Below are positions 29,730-39,121 of a stretch of 64,000 nt of DNA, piece after piece (position 1 is the stretch's first letter; every line of letters begins with the position of its first letter). The notes below the pieces were generated by a model. The model was not told where the DNA came from. It ran no database searches and worked only from the letters and a program-made list of their open reading frames with translations. A program made the position numbers and the translations under genes. The DNA lies in NCBI GenBank assembly GCA_964657965.1, contig CAZZWP010000003.1, positions 8,451-72,450 of the forward strand, given 5' to 3'. The stretch is from an uncultured Rudaea sp. (GTDB lineage Bacteria; Pseudomonadota; Gammaproteobacteria; Xanthomonadales; Rhodanobacteraceae).

Positions 29730-30593
29730 CTATTCGATGTTTTGCACTTGTTCTCGCACTTGTTCGATCAAGACTTTCAATTCCACTGCAGCCTGCGTCG
29801 TCCGCTGATCGACCGACTTCGATCCGAGCGTATTGGCCTCGCGATTGAATTCCTGCATCAGAAAATCCAGGCGGCGGCCGACCGCTTCGGGCAACGCCAG
29901 CACGCGTTTGGCTTCTTCGACGTGAGCGCTTAAGCGATCAAGTTCCTCATCGACATCCATGCGTGACAACTGCAACACCAATTCCTGTTCCAGGCGGCCC
30001 GGATCGGCCGGCTGTTTGATCTCAGCGAGTCGCGTTTCCAGACGCGCCCGCAAACCGACGCGAATCTGCGGCAGCCACGTGCGGACTTCCGCAACGATGC
30101 GCGCAACGGCATCCAGCCGCTCGCGCATGAATGCGACGAGGCGCTCGCCTTCGCGCTGGCGCGTCGCGATCATGTCGGCCAGCGCGCGATCGAGCAGATC
30201 GAGCGCGGCCTGGCGCAATCCGTCCTGATCGATTTCCTGATGCACGAGCACGCCGGGAAATTCGAGCAAGCCGGCGAAGTCGGTCGACATATTCGGGAAC
30301 CGTCCGCTCAGCGATTTCGCCGCGCGTTCGAGTTTGTCGATCACCGCGTCGTCCATGCGAATCTGCGCCATCGCCGCGTCGACGGGTCGAAAACGCAGCG
30401 TGATATCGACTTTACCGCGTGTCAGTTTCGCCGCGATGCGTTCGCGCAGCGCCGGTTCGATGGCGCGCAGCTCTTCCGGCAAACGCGGCGACAATTCCAG
30501 ATAGCGATGATTCACCGACCGCAACTCGAACGCGAGCGCACCCCACGGCGTTTCCGTCTCCGCGCCGGCAAAGGCGGTCATGCTGCGAATCAT
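29730..30593 (-). CDS. yicC: YicC-family stress-induced protein
   Basis: Start at internal Met42 (MIRSMTAFA). C-terminal DUF1732-type motif [13 protein letters not shown]. Classical position divergent from rph and next to gmk. Confidence 0.85.
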   Translation of the reverse strand: MIRSMTAFAGAETETPWGALAFELRSVNHRYLELSPRLPEELRAIEPALRERIAAKLTRGKVDITLRFRPVDAAMAQIRMDDAVIDKLERAAKSLSGRFPNMSTDFAGLLEFPGVLVHQEIDQDGLRQAALDLLDRALADMIATRQREGERLVAFMRERLDAVARIVAEVRTWLPQIRVGLRARLETRLAEIKQPADPGRLEQELVLQLSRMDVDEELDRLSAHVEEAKRVLALPEAVGRRLDFLMQEFNREANTLGSKSVDQRTTQAAVELKVLIEQVREQVQNIE

Positions 30594-30658
30594 GCGAATC
30601 CCCGTTTCGACGAAAGCGCAATGGTAAACTGTACGCCTCGCCTGCCGGTACTTTTTCG

Positions 30659-31390
30659 ATGTCGTCTCCTTCACGTCCCAGCGGCCGCGCGCCGGATGAA
30701 CTTCGCCCCGTTTCAATCGAACGCCGTTTCACACGCCACGCCGAAGGATCGGTGTTGGTCTCGTTCGGCGACACGCGCGTCCTGTGCACGGCCAGCGTCG
30801 AAGAAAAAGTGCCACCGTTCCTGCGCGGCAAAGGCGAAGGCTGGATCACGGCCGAATACGGCATGTTGCCGCGCGCGACGAATGAACGCATGCAGCGCGA
30901 AGCCGCGCGCGGCGGACAAGGCGGACGCACGATGGAAATCCAGCGCCTGATCGGCCGCAGCCTGCGCGCGTGCGTCGATCGCGCCACGTTGGGCGAGCGC
31001 ACGATCACGTTGGACTGCGACGTCATCCAAGCCGATGGCGGGACGCGCACAGCGGCAATCACCGGCGCGTATGTCGCGCTCGTCGATGCGGTGAATTGGC
31101 TGAAGTCGAAGAATGTATTGAAACGCGATCCGATTCACGGCGCCATCGCGGCGATTTCCGTCGGCATTTATCGCGGCATGCCGGTGCTCGATCTCGATTA
31201 CGCCGAAGACAGCAACTGCGACACCGACATGAACATCGTGATGAACGACGGCGGCGGTTTCATCGAAATGCAGGGCACGGCGGAAGGCCACGCGTTCCGC
31301 CGCGACGAGCTCGACGCGTTGCTCGCGCTCGCGCAAAAAGGTGTCGCGGAACTGTGCGTGAAACAGCGCGAGGCGTTGGCGGTGCCGTGA
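30659..31390 (+). CDS. rph: Ribonuclease PH
   Basis: Start at internal Met81 ([17 protein letters not shown]). Motifs [29 protein letters not shown] and [14 protein letters not shown]. Confidence 0.95.
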   Translation: MSSPSRPSGRAPDELRPVSIERRFTRHAEGSVLVSFGDTRVLCTASVEEKVPPFLRGKGEGWITAEYGMLPRATNERMQREAARGGQGGRTMEIQRLIGRSLRACVDRATLGERTITLDCDVIQADGGTRTAAITGAYVALVDAVNWLKSKNVLKRDPIHGAIAAISVGIYRGMPVLDLDYAEDSNCDTDMNIVMNDGGGFIEMQGTAEGHAFRRDELDALLALAQKGVAELCVKQREALAVP

Positions 31391-31986
31391 AGATCGTCGT
31401 CGCGAGCAGCAACCGCGGCAAGCTGGAAGAAATCCGCGCAATCTTGGGCGAAGAGTTCGAACTGATCGCACAAGGCGAACTCGGCATCGATGACGCCGCA
31501 GAGACCGCGACAACCTTCGTTGAAAACGCGCTACTGAAAGCGAAAAATGCTGCGCGCGCGTCCGGATTGCCGGCGCTCGGCGACGATTCGGGTTTATGTG
31601 TTGACGCCTTAAACGGCGCGCCGGGTTTGTACTCCGCACGCTATGCCGGCGAGCACGGCAATGCGTCCGCCAACATCGCGAAACTTCTCGGCGCGCTGTG
31701 CGACGTCGACGAAGAAAAACGGTCGGCGCATTTTCACTGTTCAATCGTTTTGGTAGCGCACGCCGACGATCCTGCACCCATCATCGCAGAAGGACGTTGG
31801 GACGGACGCATCCTTGACGCACCGCGCGGGAATCGTGGCTTTGGATACGATCCGATTTTCTTCGATCCTGTCTTGAACGCCGGTGCGGGCGAACTCGATC
31901 CGGTCGTGAAGAATCGCGTCAGCCACCGCGGCAAGGCGTTGGAAAATCTGCGCCGTCGTTTGACGAAATCCGATGCGAGCGCCTGA
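31387..31986 (+). CDS. rdgB: dITP/XTP pyrophosphatase RdgB (HAM1 family)
   Basis: GTG start ([15 protein letters not shown]) overlapping the rph stop (GTGA). Motifs [21 protein letters not shown] and FGYDPIF. Confidence 0.9.
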   Translation: MKIVVASSNRGKLEEIRAILGEEFELIAQGELGIDDAAETATTFVENALLKAKNAARASGLPALGDDSGLCVDALNGAPGLYSARYAGEHGNASANIAKLLGALCDVDEEKRSAHFHCSIVLVAHADDPAPIIAEGRWDGRILDAPRGNRGFGYDPIFFDPVLNAGAGELDPVVKNRVSHRGKALENLRRRLTKSDASA

Positions 31987-33148
31987 ACTCATTCCGCTTT
32001 CGCTGTATATCCACATTCCGTGGTGTGTAAGGAAGTGTCCGTATTGCGATTTCAATTCGCACAACGCGCCGCAGAAAATTCCGCAGGCGGATTACGTCGA
32101 CGCGTTGGTGCGCGATCTCGATCAGGATCTGGCGCTCGCGCAAGGACGAACGCTGCAAAGTATTTTTTTCGGTGGCGGCACGCCGAGTCTTTTTACGCCG
32201 GAATCGATCAAGCGACTTCTCGATAATGTCGAATCGCGGCTGACGTTCGCGTCCGATATCGAAATCACGCTGGAGACGAATCCGGGAACCGTCGAACACG
32301 GACCGTTCGCCGGCTATCGCGATGCCGGCGTCAATCGCATCAGTTTCGGCGTGCAGAGTTTCGACGACGATGCGCTCCAGCGTATCGGGCGAATCCATAG
32401 CGCGGGCGAAGCAGAACGCGCGGTGAAAATGGCGCAGGACGCGGGTATCGGGAATATCAATCTTGATCTGATGTATGCACTCCCGGAACAGACGATCGAT
32501 GGCGCATTGGCCGATGTGGAAAAAACTATTTTGTTGCAAACGCCGCATTTGTCGCATTATCAGTTGACGCTCGAACCGAATACGCAATTCGCGGCGAATC
32601 CACCGAAATTGCCCGACGACGACAGCGCTTGGGATATGCAGGAAGCGTGTCAGGCGCGGCTCGCGTCGGCCGGCTTGAATCAGTACGAAGTGTCCGCTTA
32701 CGCGCGCGATGACGCGCAATGTCGGCACAATCTCAATTATTGGAATTTTGGCGACTATCTCGGCATCGGCGCGGGCGCGCACGGCAAGATTACTCATGCC
32801 GATGGAGGAATCCACCGTCGCTGGAAAGTGCGCGCGCCGCGAGGATTTATGGAACTCGCCGGCAGGCAGCGTGGCATCGGTGGCGACGATGCGATTCCTG
32901 CTCAACGGCTGCCGTTCGAGTTCGTGCTCAATGCGCTGAGGCTTAATTCCGGCTTCGAGATGAACACGTTCGAGGCGCGCACGGGCTTGTCGCGCGACGT
33001 TCTTGACCCGACATTGAAGACGGCGCAATCGCGCGGCTTGATCGACATCGACGGCGACAATGTCCGCGCGAGTGAGTTCGGATTTCGATTTCTCAACGAT
33101 ACGATCGCCCTGTTTTTACCAGACGAGTCGCGTAGGAGTGCCGCATGA
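31973..33148 (+). CDS. hemW: Radical-SAM heme chaperone HemW (HemN-like)
   Basis: 391 aa with the CxxxCxxC cluster CVRKCPYCDF and a HemN_C-like tail. Conserved rph-rdgB-hemW order. Confidence 0.9.
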   Translation: MRAPELIPLSLYIHIPWCVRKCPYCDFNSHNAPQKIPQADYVDALVRDLDQDLALAQGRTLQSIFFGGGTPSLFTPESIKRLLDNVESRLTFASDIEITLETNPGTVEHGPFAGYRDAGVNRISFGVQSFDDDALQRIGRIHSAGEAERAVKMAQDAGIGNINLDLMYALPEQTIDGALADVEKTILLQTPHLSHYQLTLEPNTQFAANPPKLPDDDSAWDMQEACQARLASAGLNQYEVSAYARDDAQCRHNLNYWNFGDYLGIGAGAHGKITHADGGIHRRWKVRAPRGFMELAGRQRGIGGDDAIPAQRLPFEFVLNALRLNSGFEMNTFEARTGLSRDVLDPTLKTAQSRGLIDIDGDNVRASEFGFRFLNDTIALFLPDESRRSAA

Positions 33149-33504
33149 AGGTCAATCTCACCGAAAAGCTGAATCTCATTCACGAGCATTGGCGGCCGCA
33201 CGTCGTCGGCGAACTCAACGGGCAGGAAGTGAAACTCGTAAAATTCCAGGGCGAGTTTCTTTGGCACACGCATACGTCGGAAGACGAAATGTTTTTTGTC
33301 GTGAAAGGTGCGATGCGCATCGATTTCCGTGATCGCAGCGTCACGTTGAATGCGGGCGAGTTTTTGATCGTCCCGCACGGCGTCGAACATCGAACGGCAG
33401 CGGACGACGAAGCCGAAGTGATGATTTTCGAACCGGCCGCCGTGCGCAATACCGGCGACAAAGAAGATGCGGTGCTGACCGCGCCGATGGGATTGCGCGT
33501 CTAA
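33145..33504 (+). CDS. Cupin-domain protein
   Basis: 119 aa with cupin motifs (WHTHTSEDEMFFVVKG...GEFLIVPHGVEH). 4-nt overlap with the hemW stop. Confidence 0.7.
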   Translation: MKVNLTEKLNLIHEHWRPHVVGELNGQEVKLVKFQGEFLWHTHTSEDEMFFVVKGAMRIDFRDRSVTLNAGEFLIVPHGVEHRTAADDEAEVMIFEPAAVRNTGDKEDAVLTAPMGLRV

Positions 33505-33509
33505 AAATC

Positions 33510-33698
33510 ATGGTCGAAAACGTCGTCATTCATTGCCCGTATTGCGGCGAAGGCTTCGAAACCGTCGTCGACGTTTCCGCCGGGTCGCAGAGTTATACGG
33601 AAGATTGCGCCGTGTGTTGCCGGCCGATCGAGATCGCAATGTCGGTCGACGACGAAGGCAATCTGCAAAGCGTGCGCGCGAAAACCGATCGCGAATAG
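33510..33698 (+). CDS. CPXCG-motif cysteine-rich small protein
   Basis: 62 aa with CPYCG...CAVCC, a zinc-ribbon-like pattern typical of the CPXCG family. Confidence 0.7.
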   Translation: MVENVVIHCPYCGEGFETVVDVSAGSQSYTEDCAVCCRPIEIAMSVDDEGNLQSVRAKTDRE

Positions 33699-33737
33699 TT
33701 TCTTGCGCGTCGTCGAACGCCGCCCTACACTGCGCGC

Positions 33738-33935
33738 GTCGTTTGGGTGCCGCATCACGTGGTGTGTTCGCGTGATGAGGTGAAACGGGAAGCCGGTTAG
33801 ATTCCGGCGCTGCCCCCGCAACGGTAAGCAAGTTCGCTTCGGCCAACGCGCCACTGTGCTCACGCACGGGAAGGCGGCCGGCGCCGCATCGCGATCCATC
33901 AGCGATGCACACTTGCAAGCCCGGAGACCGGCCCA
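33738..33935 (+). promoter_or_regulatory. Cobalamin (B12) riboswitch aptamer upstream of btuB
   Basis: Conserved core GGTGAAACGGGAAGCCGGTTAGATTCCGGCGCTGCCCCCGCAACGGTAAGC. Also GCCACTG, GGGAAGGC and the B12 box AAGCCCGGAGACCGGCC (~33917-33933). It lies about 140 nt before the btuB ATG, whose SD is GGAGG. Confidence 0.85.
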
Positions 33936-34074
33936 CGGCGGAGTCGAAAGACTCGACAAGCTCAGGCGTTGCGGCGGGCAACGGGCGGGCCGCTGCGCCT
34001 TTGTCCGGGGCATCGCACCCTTCCGAACCTTCGCAATGCCTGCCAACTATCGCGGGTGGGCGTGGAGGTTCACA

Positions 34075-35913
34075 ATGTTGCAAAAGTCACTTTTAGCTTT
34101 TTCCATTTCTTTAATTCTGCAGTCGGCACACGCCGACGATGCCGCCATCCAGCCGACGGTCGAAGTGACCGCGTCGCGCGTGGCGGAAACGACCGATGCA
34201 AGTCTTGCCGATGTCAGCGTCATCACGCGCACGGACATCGAACGCAGCGGCGCACCGGATTTGATCGAGCTGATGCGCTTGCAGGCGAGCGTCGACGTGA
34301 CGCGAACAGGCGGCGCAGGCGAGCAGACCAGTCTGTTTTTGCGCGGCACGAATTCGAATCACGTGCTGGTGCTGATCGACGGCGTGCGTGTCGCGTCGTC
34401 GAACACGGGTGCGTTCGCGTTTGAAAATCTGCCGCTCGACGCGGTCGAACGCATCGAAATCGTGCGCGGTCCGCGCGCGAGCTATTGGGGTTCCGATGCC
34501 ATCGGCGGCGTCATCCAGATTTTCACGCGACAACTGCAAGGTCCGAGCATCGCGGCGAGCTATGGAACCTATCGCAGTGCCGATGGCAGCGCGGGAATCG
34601 GGGCGCGATCGGATGCCGGCGGTTTCAGTGTGCAGGTGGGCGAACGTCACGTCGGCGGTTTCTCGGCGACGAACCAGAATATTTGCAACGGACCCAGCGA
34701 TCCTTATTGCATTTTCAATCCGGACGACAACGGATTTCAGAATCACAACGTCATAGCGAATGGCGACTATCGACTCGGCGCGCAGACGCTATCGGCAACC
34801 GTGTTTCGCAGTGTAGGCACTCAGAATTTCGACAACGGCGCGACGGATGGAATCTCGCACACGCTCGATCAATCCATCGGCGCCAATCTGGCCGGAGCGA
34901 TTTCGGATTCGTGGCAGGATCGGTTGAGCATCGGCACATCGCGCGAAGACATCGCAACGCCCGCGTTCGAGGAAGCGCTGCGCTCGACGCGTCAGCAGGT
35001 GTCGTGGACGAACGATGTCGCATTGTCGGGCACTCAACACATCGTCGCGGGCGTCGATTACGTTCACGATCACGGCGTGAGCATCGATACGTCGGGATTC
35101 GGCGCGCCCTACGACATTTCGCGTAACAACGGCGGCGCATTCGCCGGATGGCGCGTGCAGGACGGCGCGTTCGATAGCGAAGTCTCCGGTCGTTACGATC
35201 ACTACGATGCATTCGGCAGCGCGTTTTCGGGTTCCGGCGCCGTCGGCTGGAAGTTCACCGACGATCTGCGCTTGAACGCCAGTTACGGCACGGCGTTTCG
35301 CGCGCCGGACTTGAATGAATTGTATTCACCCGGTTTCGGCGGATTTTTCGCGGGCAACCCCGATCTCGATCCGGAACGTTCGCGCAGCGCCGAAGCCTCG
35401 CTCGATTGGCGCATCGACGGCGCGAACAAGCTTGAACTGCACGCATTCTCCACGCGCATTCATGACCTGATCGATTTCAGCGGCGGCACGACATCGCAGG
35501 CGATCAACGTCGATCACGCGGCGATCGACGGCGCCGAACTCGTGCACACGTGGACGTCCGGCGAGTGGTCCGTGAACTCCAACGCGACGCTGCAAAATCC
35601 GCGCGATCAAGACGCGCATACCGAACTCGTGCGCCGACCGAAGCAAAAAGCCGACACGTTGATCGAACGCGTGTTCGGCGATCGCATCCACGCAGGCGTC
35701 GAATTGTTCGCCAGCGGCAAACGCCAAGACATCGGCAACGTCACGCTGCCGGGATACGGGCTGGTCAATCTGCGCGCAAGTTACGCGTGGACCGCGACCT
35801 GGGACGTCACCTTCCGGCTGGAAAATGTGTTCGATCGCGATTACGAATTGGTGCACGGCTACAACACGCCGGGGCGTTCCGGATTCGTGGAACTCCGCTG
35901 GCAACCGCAGTAG
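34075..35913 (+). CDS. btuB: TonB-dependent outer-membrane cobalamin receptor BtuB
   Basis: Start at internal Met74 (MLQKSLLAFS), with a signal peptide. TonB box-like PTVEVTASR. Plug motifs (IEIVRGPRASYWGSDAIGGVIQIFT) and a beta-barrel. Downstream of a B12 riboswitch. Confidence 0.85.
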   Translation: MLQKSLLAFSISLILQSAHADDAAIQPTVEVTASRVAETTDASLADVSVITRTDIERSGAPDLIELMRLQASVDVTRTGGAGEQTSLFLRGTNSNHVLVLIDGVRVASSNTGAFAFENLPLDAVERIEIVRGPRASYWGSDAIGGVIQIFTRQLQGPSIAASYGTYRSADGSAGIGARSDAGGFSVQVGERHVGGFSATNQNICNGPSDPYCIFNPDDNGFQNHNVIANGDYRLGAQTLSATVFRSVGTQNFDNGATDGISHTLDQSIGANLAGAISDSWQDRLSIGTSREDIATPAFEEALRSTRQQVSWTNDVALSGTQHIVAGVDYVHDHGVSIDTSGFGAPYDISRNNGGAFAGWRVQDGAFDSEVSGRYDHYDAFGSAFSGSGAVGWKFTDDLRLNASYGTAFRAPDLNELYSPGFGGFFAGNPDLDPERSRSAEASLDWRIDGANKLELHAFSTRIHDLIDFSGGTTSQAINVDHAAIDGAELVHTWTSGEWSVNSNATLQNPRDQDAHTELVRRPKQKADTLIERVFGDRIHAGVELFASGKRQDIGNVTLPGYGLVNLRASYAWTATWDVTFRLENVFDRDYELVHGYNTPGRSGFVELRWQPQ

Positions 35914-35927
35914 GACGCGGTTTCGCC

Positions 35928-35954
35928 GCCATCGCGCCCAGCCCGCGCGATGGC
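35928..35954 (+). terminator. GC-rich hairpin after btuB (possible terminator, no clear U-tract)
   Basis: Perfect 10-bp stem GCCATCGCGC / GCGCGATGGC with a 7-nt loop, starting about 15 nt after the btuB stop. The lack of a T-run keeps confidence low. Confidence 0.35.
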
Positions 35955-36018
35955 GCTGGCCGTCTGCTGACGGTCGGCATAGAATCTGCTTAGTGCTTGA
36001 TGCACTCTGGATTGGGCG

Positions 36019-38688
36019 ATGAACCAAGCGAAAGTGGGGGTGGGGCCGTCTCCGGCCGCACAAAAAAGGACACTCGTGACGTTGGCCAGCCGTGGCGATC
36101 TTGCGCCGCGCGTGCGCCAATTGCTCGAAGGCATTCTCGGCATTTGTTCGAGCGGCCTGGAGCGCACACTCGTCTCCACGCTTGACGATCTGGAAGCCCA
36201 GCTCTTTCGTTTGGCCGAGCAAAGCCGCAATAACGACCAGCAATACCGCAACTTCGAAACGCTGCGCGAAATCAAGCGCGGCCGCGCCGATGTCGCCCCG
36301 CGCTACATGATGGCGATCGAGGATTGTCTGGCTCGCTTCGATCAGCCGAGAAGCAAGGACAAACACGAAGCCAAGACGCGCCCTGGCGGTCCGGTCAAAC
36401 AAGAATTGTCTCTCGTCGATTCGCGGGATCTGGAAGAATCGCTGGCGCTGCAGGAATTCGCCGCGAAAACCGATATTCGACAGGCGCAAACGCTGTATGC
36501 GCTCGGCCATCGGTTCGCCGTGCTTGCGGGTTCTCCGATTTTCGATGCCGAGTCGCTGCCGGTCGGCGCGACCAATCTCGGCAACGCGCTGCGGTTCGGC
36601 ACCGAACATCTCGATATTCCGGTCGAACAACGCGTGTTGCTGTATCGGGTGTTCGATCGCATCGGCCAGACGGCGATCACATCGCTGTACGACGAAATCA
36701 ACAATTACTTTATCGACCAGCGCGTGCTGCGGAACCTACGCGTACAAACGCTGCGGACGAAAACGGCGACGGAAAAAGAACAACCTGCGGCCGACGAAAC
36801 GCCGGAGACACCCGAGCCGACAGCGCCGCAATCCGATGTGCAGCAAGCGCAGCGATTCGGCGGCGGTAGCGCGCAGAATTTCGGTGCGTCAAGAATGCCC
36901 GGCGCACCGACCCACGGAACGCCGATGATGCCGAACGCAGCGCCGCCAGGCGCCGCGCCGCGCGGTATGCCCGCGATGCCCGGCGGCATGCCTAATCAGG
37001 GCGGATATCAGGGTCGCGGTGCGCCGTCGATGCCGGCGCCAGGCGCTTCACACAATCCCGTTGCGCCGAGAAGCAGTGCGCCGAATCCTTTTCTGACACC
37101 ACCGCCGACTCCGTTGCCTGCGCTGGGCGATCCGCGCGAACGCGCGCCGACCGGCACGCGCAACATGCAAGTGCCCGACTGGGCCACCGAACAACCACAA
37201 CCGACCGCACCGGCGGACGAACGCGATTCCGAATTGTTCACCACGCTGCGCGAATTGCTCGCGGGGCGTCGTCACGCGCTCGGCGTCACCAACGCGCCGG
37301 CGGCGGGCAGTTATCAGCCCACGAGTGAAGACATGCAGTCGGTGCTCGGCGCGCTGCAATCGAAACCCATCTCGCCGATGATGATGGGCGGCAAAGTCGT
37401 GCAGCGCTCGGTGGCGCATCTCAAACAAGATTTGGTGTCGCAGTTGCGCCAGATTGCCCCGGACGGCCGCGCGCCACAATTGCCGGCGGAAGATTCCGAC
37501 ACGATCGATCTCGTCGGCATGCTATTCGACTACATCGCCAAGAACGTGCGTCCGGAAGGCAGCACGCAATCGCTGTTGACGAAACTGCAGGTGCCGCTGC
37601 TGCGCGTGGCGTTGAAAGACAAGAGTTTCTTCACGCGCCGCGCGCATCCGGCGCGGCAATTGCTCAACGCGATCGCTGAAACGGGAACGCATTGGGTCGA
37701 CGACAGCGAAGGCCCTGCCGATCGCCAGCTCGTCGACAAGATGCAACTCGTGGTCGATCGCGTCACGCAGGAATTCGACGGCAATCTGAATCTGATCGAA
37801 AACATGCTGGGCGATTTGTCGACGCACATGCATACGCTGGCGCGCAAAGCCGAAGCCGCCGAACGCAGGCACGTGGATGCGGCGCGCGGTCGAGAAAAAC
37901 TCGAAGTCGCGCGCGAGCAGGCGCGCAGTGCGATCGCCGAACGCGTGAAAGGAACGACACCGGGCAAACTGGTGCGCACGTTACTCGAACAAGCGTGGAC
38001 AGACGTGCTGGCGCTGACGCTGCTGCGTCAAGGCGAAGCGAGCGAAACGTATCAGAAGCGGTTGTCGGTGGCCGAGCAATTGCTCGCGGCAGATAAAGGC
38101 GGGCGCGCCGGCGATCCGGAGGCGAAATTGTCGCCGGCATTGCGCAGCGAAATCGAAACGGGCCTGGATCAAGTCGGATATCACAAAGAAGATATCCAAG
38201 CGGTCGTCAAACGCTTGTTCTTGCCCGACGAGGCCGCGAACGAAGCCGATACGACCACCAACACCGAAATTGCGATCAAGCTGAAGAGCAAACAGCGCTT
38301 CGGCGATGAAACGACCGCACCGGTGAAACCGGAAAAGCGTCGCACGCTGACGCCGGGAAGCCCGGAAGCGAAAATGGTCGAGCGGTTGAAGACGCTGCCG
38401 TTCGGATCCTGGTTCGAGTTCAAGACGAATCAACAAGGCGACAAAATACGCCGCAAACTGGCGTGGTTTTCGACTGTCACCGGCCGCTGCCTGTTCGTGA
38501 ATCAGCGCGGTGTACGGACAGACGAAAAAACCCTCGAGCAACTCGCACGCGATGTCGTGTTGGGTCAAGCCAGTATCGTCGAACAGGAAAATGAAACGAT
38601 CGTCGATCGTGCATGGAAGGCGATCGTTTCCGGATTGAAGAATTTTGTCGGCGGCGATCCGATGGCTCCCATTCCGGCACCCACATGA
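36019..38688 (+). CDS. DUF1631-like protein with a long Pro/Gly/Met/Ala-rich disordered insert
   Basis: 889 aa. The N-terminal pattern LDDLEAQLFRLAEQSRNNDQQYRNFETLREIKRGR matches my recollection of the DUF1631 N-terminus (D.LF..A....N.EQ..FFEA.R.LR.KR). Low-complexity region at about aa 245-400. Confidence 0.65.
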   Translation: MNQAKVGVGPSPAAQKRTLVTLASRGDLAPRVRQLLEGILGICSSGLERTLVSTLDDLEAQLFRLAEQSRNNDQQYRNFETLREIKRGRADVAPRYMMAIEDCLARFDQPRSKDKHEAKTRPGGPVKQELSLVDSRDLEESLALQEFAAKTDIRQAQTLYALGHRFAVLAGSPIFDAESLPVGATNLGNALRFGTEHLDIPVEQRVLLYRVFDRIGQTAITSLYDEINNYFIDQRVLRNLRVQTLRTKTATEKEQPAADETPETPEPTAPQSDVQQAQRFGGGSAQNFGASRMPGAPTHGTPMMPNAAPPGAAPRGMPAMPGGMPNQGGYQGRGAPSMPAPGASHNPVAPRSSAPNPFLTPPPTPLPALGDPRERAPTGTRNMQVPDWATEQPQPTAPADERDSELFTTLRELLAGRRHALGVTNAPAAGSYQPTSEDMQSVLGALQSKPISPMMMGGKVVQRSVAHLKQDLVSQLRQIAPDGRAPQLPAEDSDTIDLVGMLFDYIAKNVRPEGSTQSLLTKLQVPLLRVALKDKSFFTRRAHPARQLLNAIAETGTHWVDDSEGPADRQLVDKMQLVVDRVTQEFDGNLNLIENMLGDLSTHMHTLARKAEAAERRHVDAARGREKLEVAREQARSAIAERVKGTTPGKLVRTLLEQAWTDVLALTLLRQGEASETYQKRLSVAEQLLAADKGGRAGDPEAKLSPALRSEIETGLDQVGYHKEDIQAVVKRLFLPDEAANEADTTTNTEIAIKLKSKQRFGDETTAPVKPEKRRTLTPGSPEAKMVERLKTLPFGSWFEFKTNQQGDKIRRKLAWFSTVTGRCLFVNQRGVRTDEKTLEQLARDVVLGQASIVEQENETIVDRAWKAIVSGLKNFVGGDPMAPIPAPT

Positions 38689-38696
38689 GACAGACC

Positions 38697-39050
38697 ATGA
38701 GCACCGAACATCGTCGCTCGCAGCGCAAACGCGCGCATCAGGCGATCCAGGTAAACAACGCGATCACCGGCGAGCAGATCGGTCATGTCGGCAATCTCTC
38801 TTCCGACGGCATGTTGCTCATCAGCAATCGTCAGTTGCCGGACGACGCATTGTTCCAGTTCAGTTTCTATCTGCCGAATAGCCAGACGGCGCATATGCAT
38901 CAGCTCGAAATCGGCGCGCATGAACAGTGGTGCGAAACGGCGAACGTTCCGGGTTTGTTCTGGACCGGATTCCGCATCATCGACATCAGCCCCGAAGACT
39001 TCGACGTGCTCAACGACTGGGTAACGAGTCCAGGCGGGCAATTCGATTAG
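38697..39050 (+). CDS. PilZ-domain c-di-GMP receptor
   Basis: 117 aa from MSTEHRRSQRKR. Canonical RxxxR (RRSQR) and (D/N)xSxxG (NLSSDG) motifs. An alternative ATG at 38685 would overlap the upstream stop (ATGA). Confidence 0.8.
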   Translation: MSTEHRRSQRKRAHQAIQVNNAITGEQIGHVGNLSSDGMLLISNRQLPDDALFQFSFYLPNSQTAHMHQLEIGAHEQWCETANVPGLFWTGFRIIDISPEDFDVLNDWVTSPGGQFD

Positions 39051-39121
39051 TACGCTTCGGTCGATGCTATGGCGTCGTCTTTCTGCGGCACAATAGCGGC
39101 TTCGACTTTTCCGGTGCCGTC

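Noticed and set aside
30713-33028. Two long minus-strand ORFs (30713-31777 and 31919-33028) opposite rph/rdgB and hemW.
   Set aside because: The plus-strand genes have textbook motifs and conserved order. The minus-strand products are Arg-rich nonsense.
35326-36630. 434-aa minus-strand ORF spanning the btuB end, the intergenic hairpin and the DUF1631 gene start.
   Set aside because: It crosses two independently supported plus-strand genes and their spacer. It shows no motifs and has typical GC-frame artefact composition.
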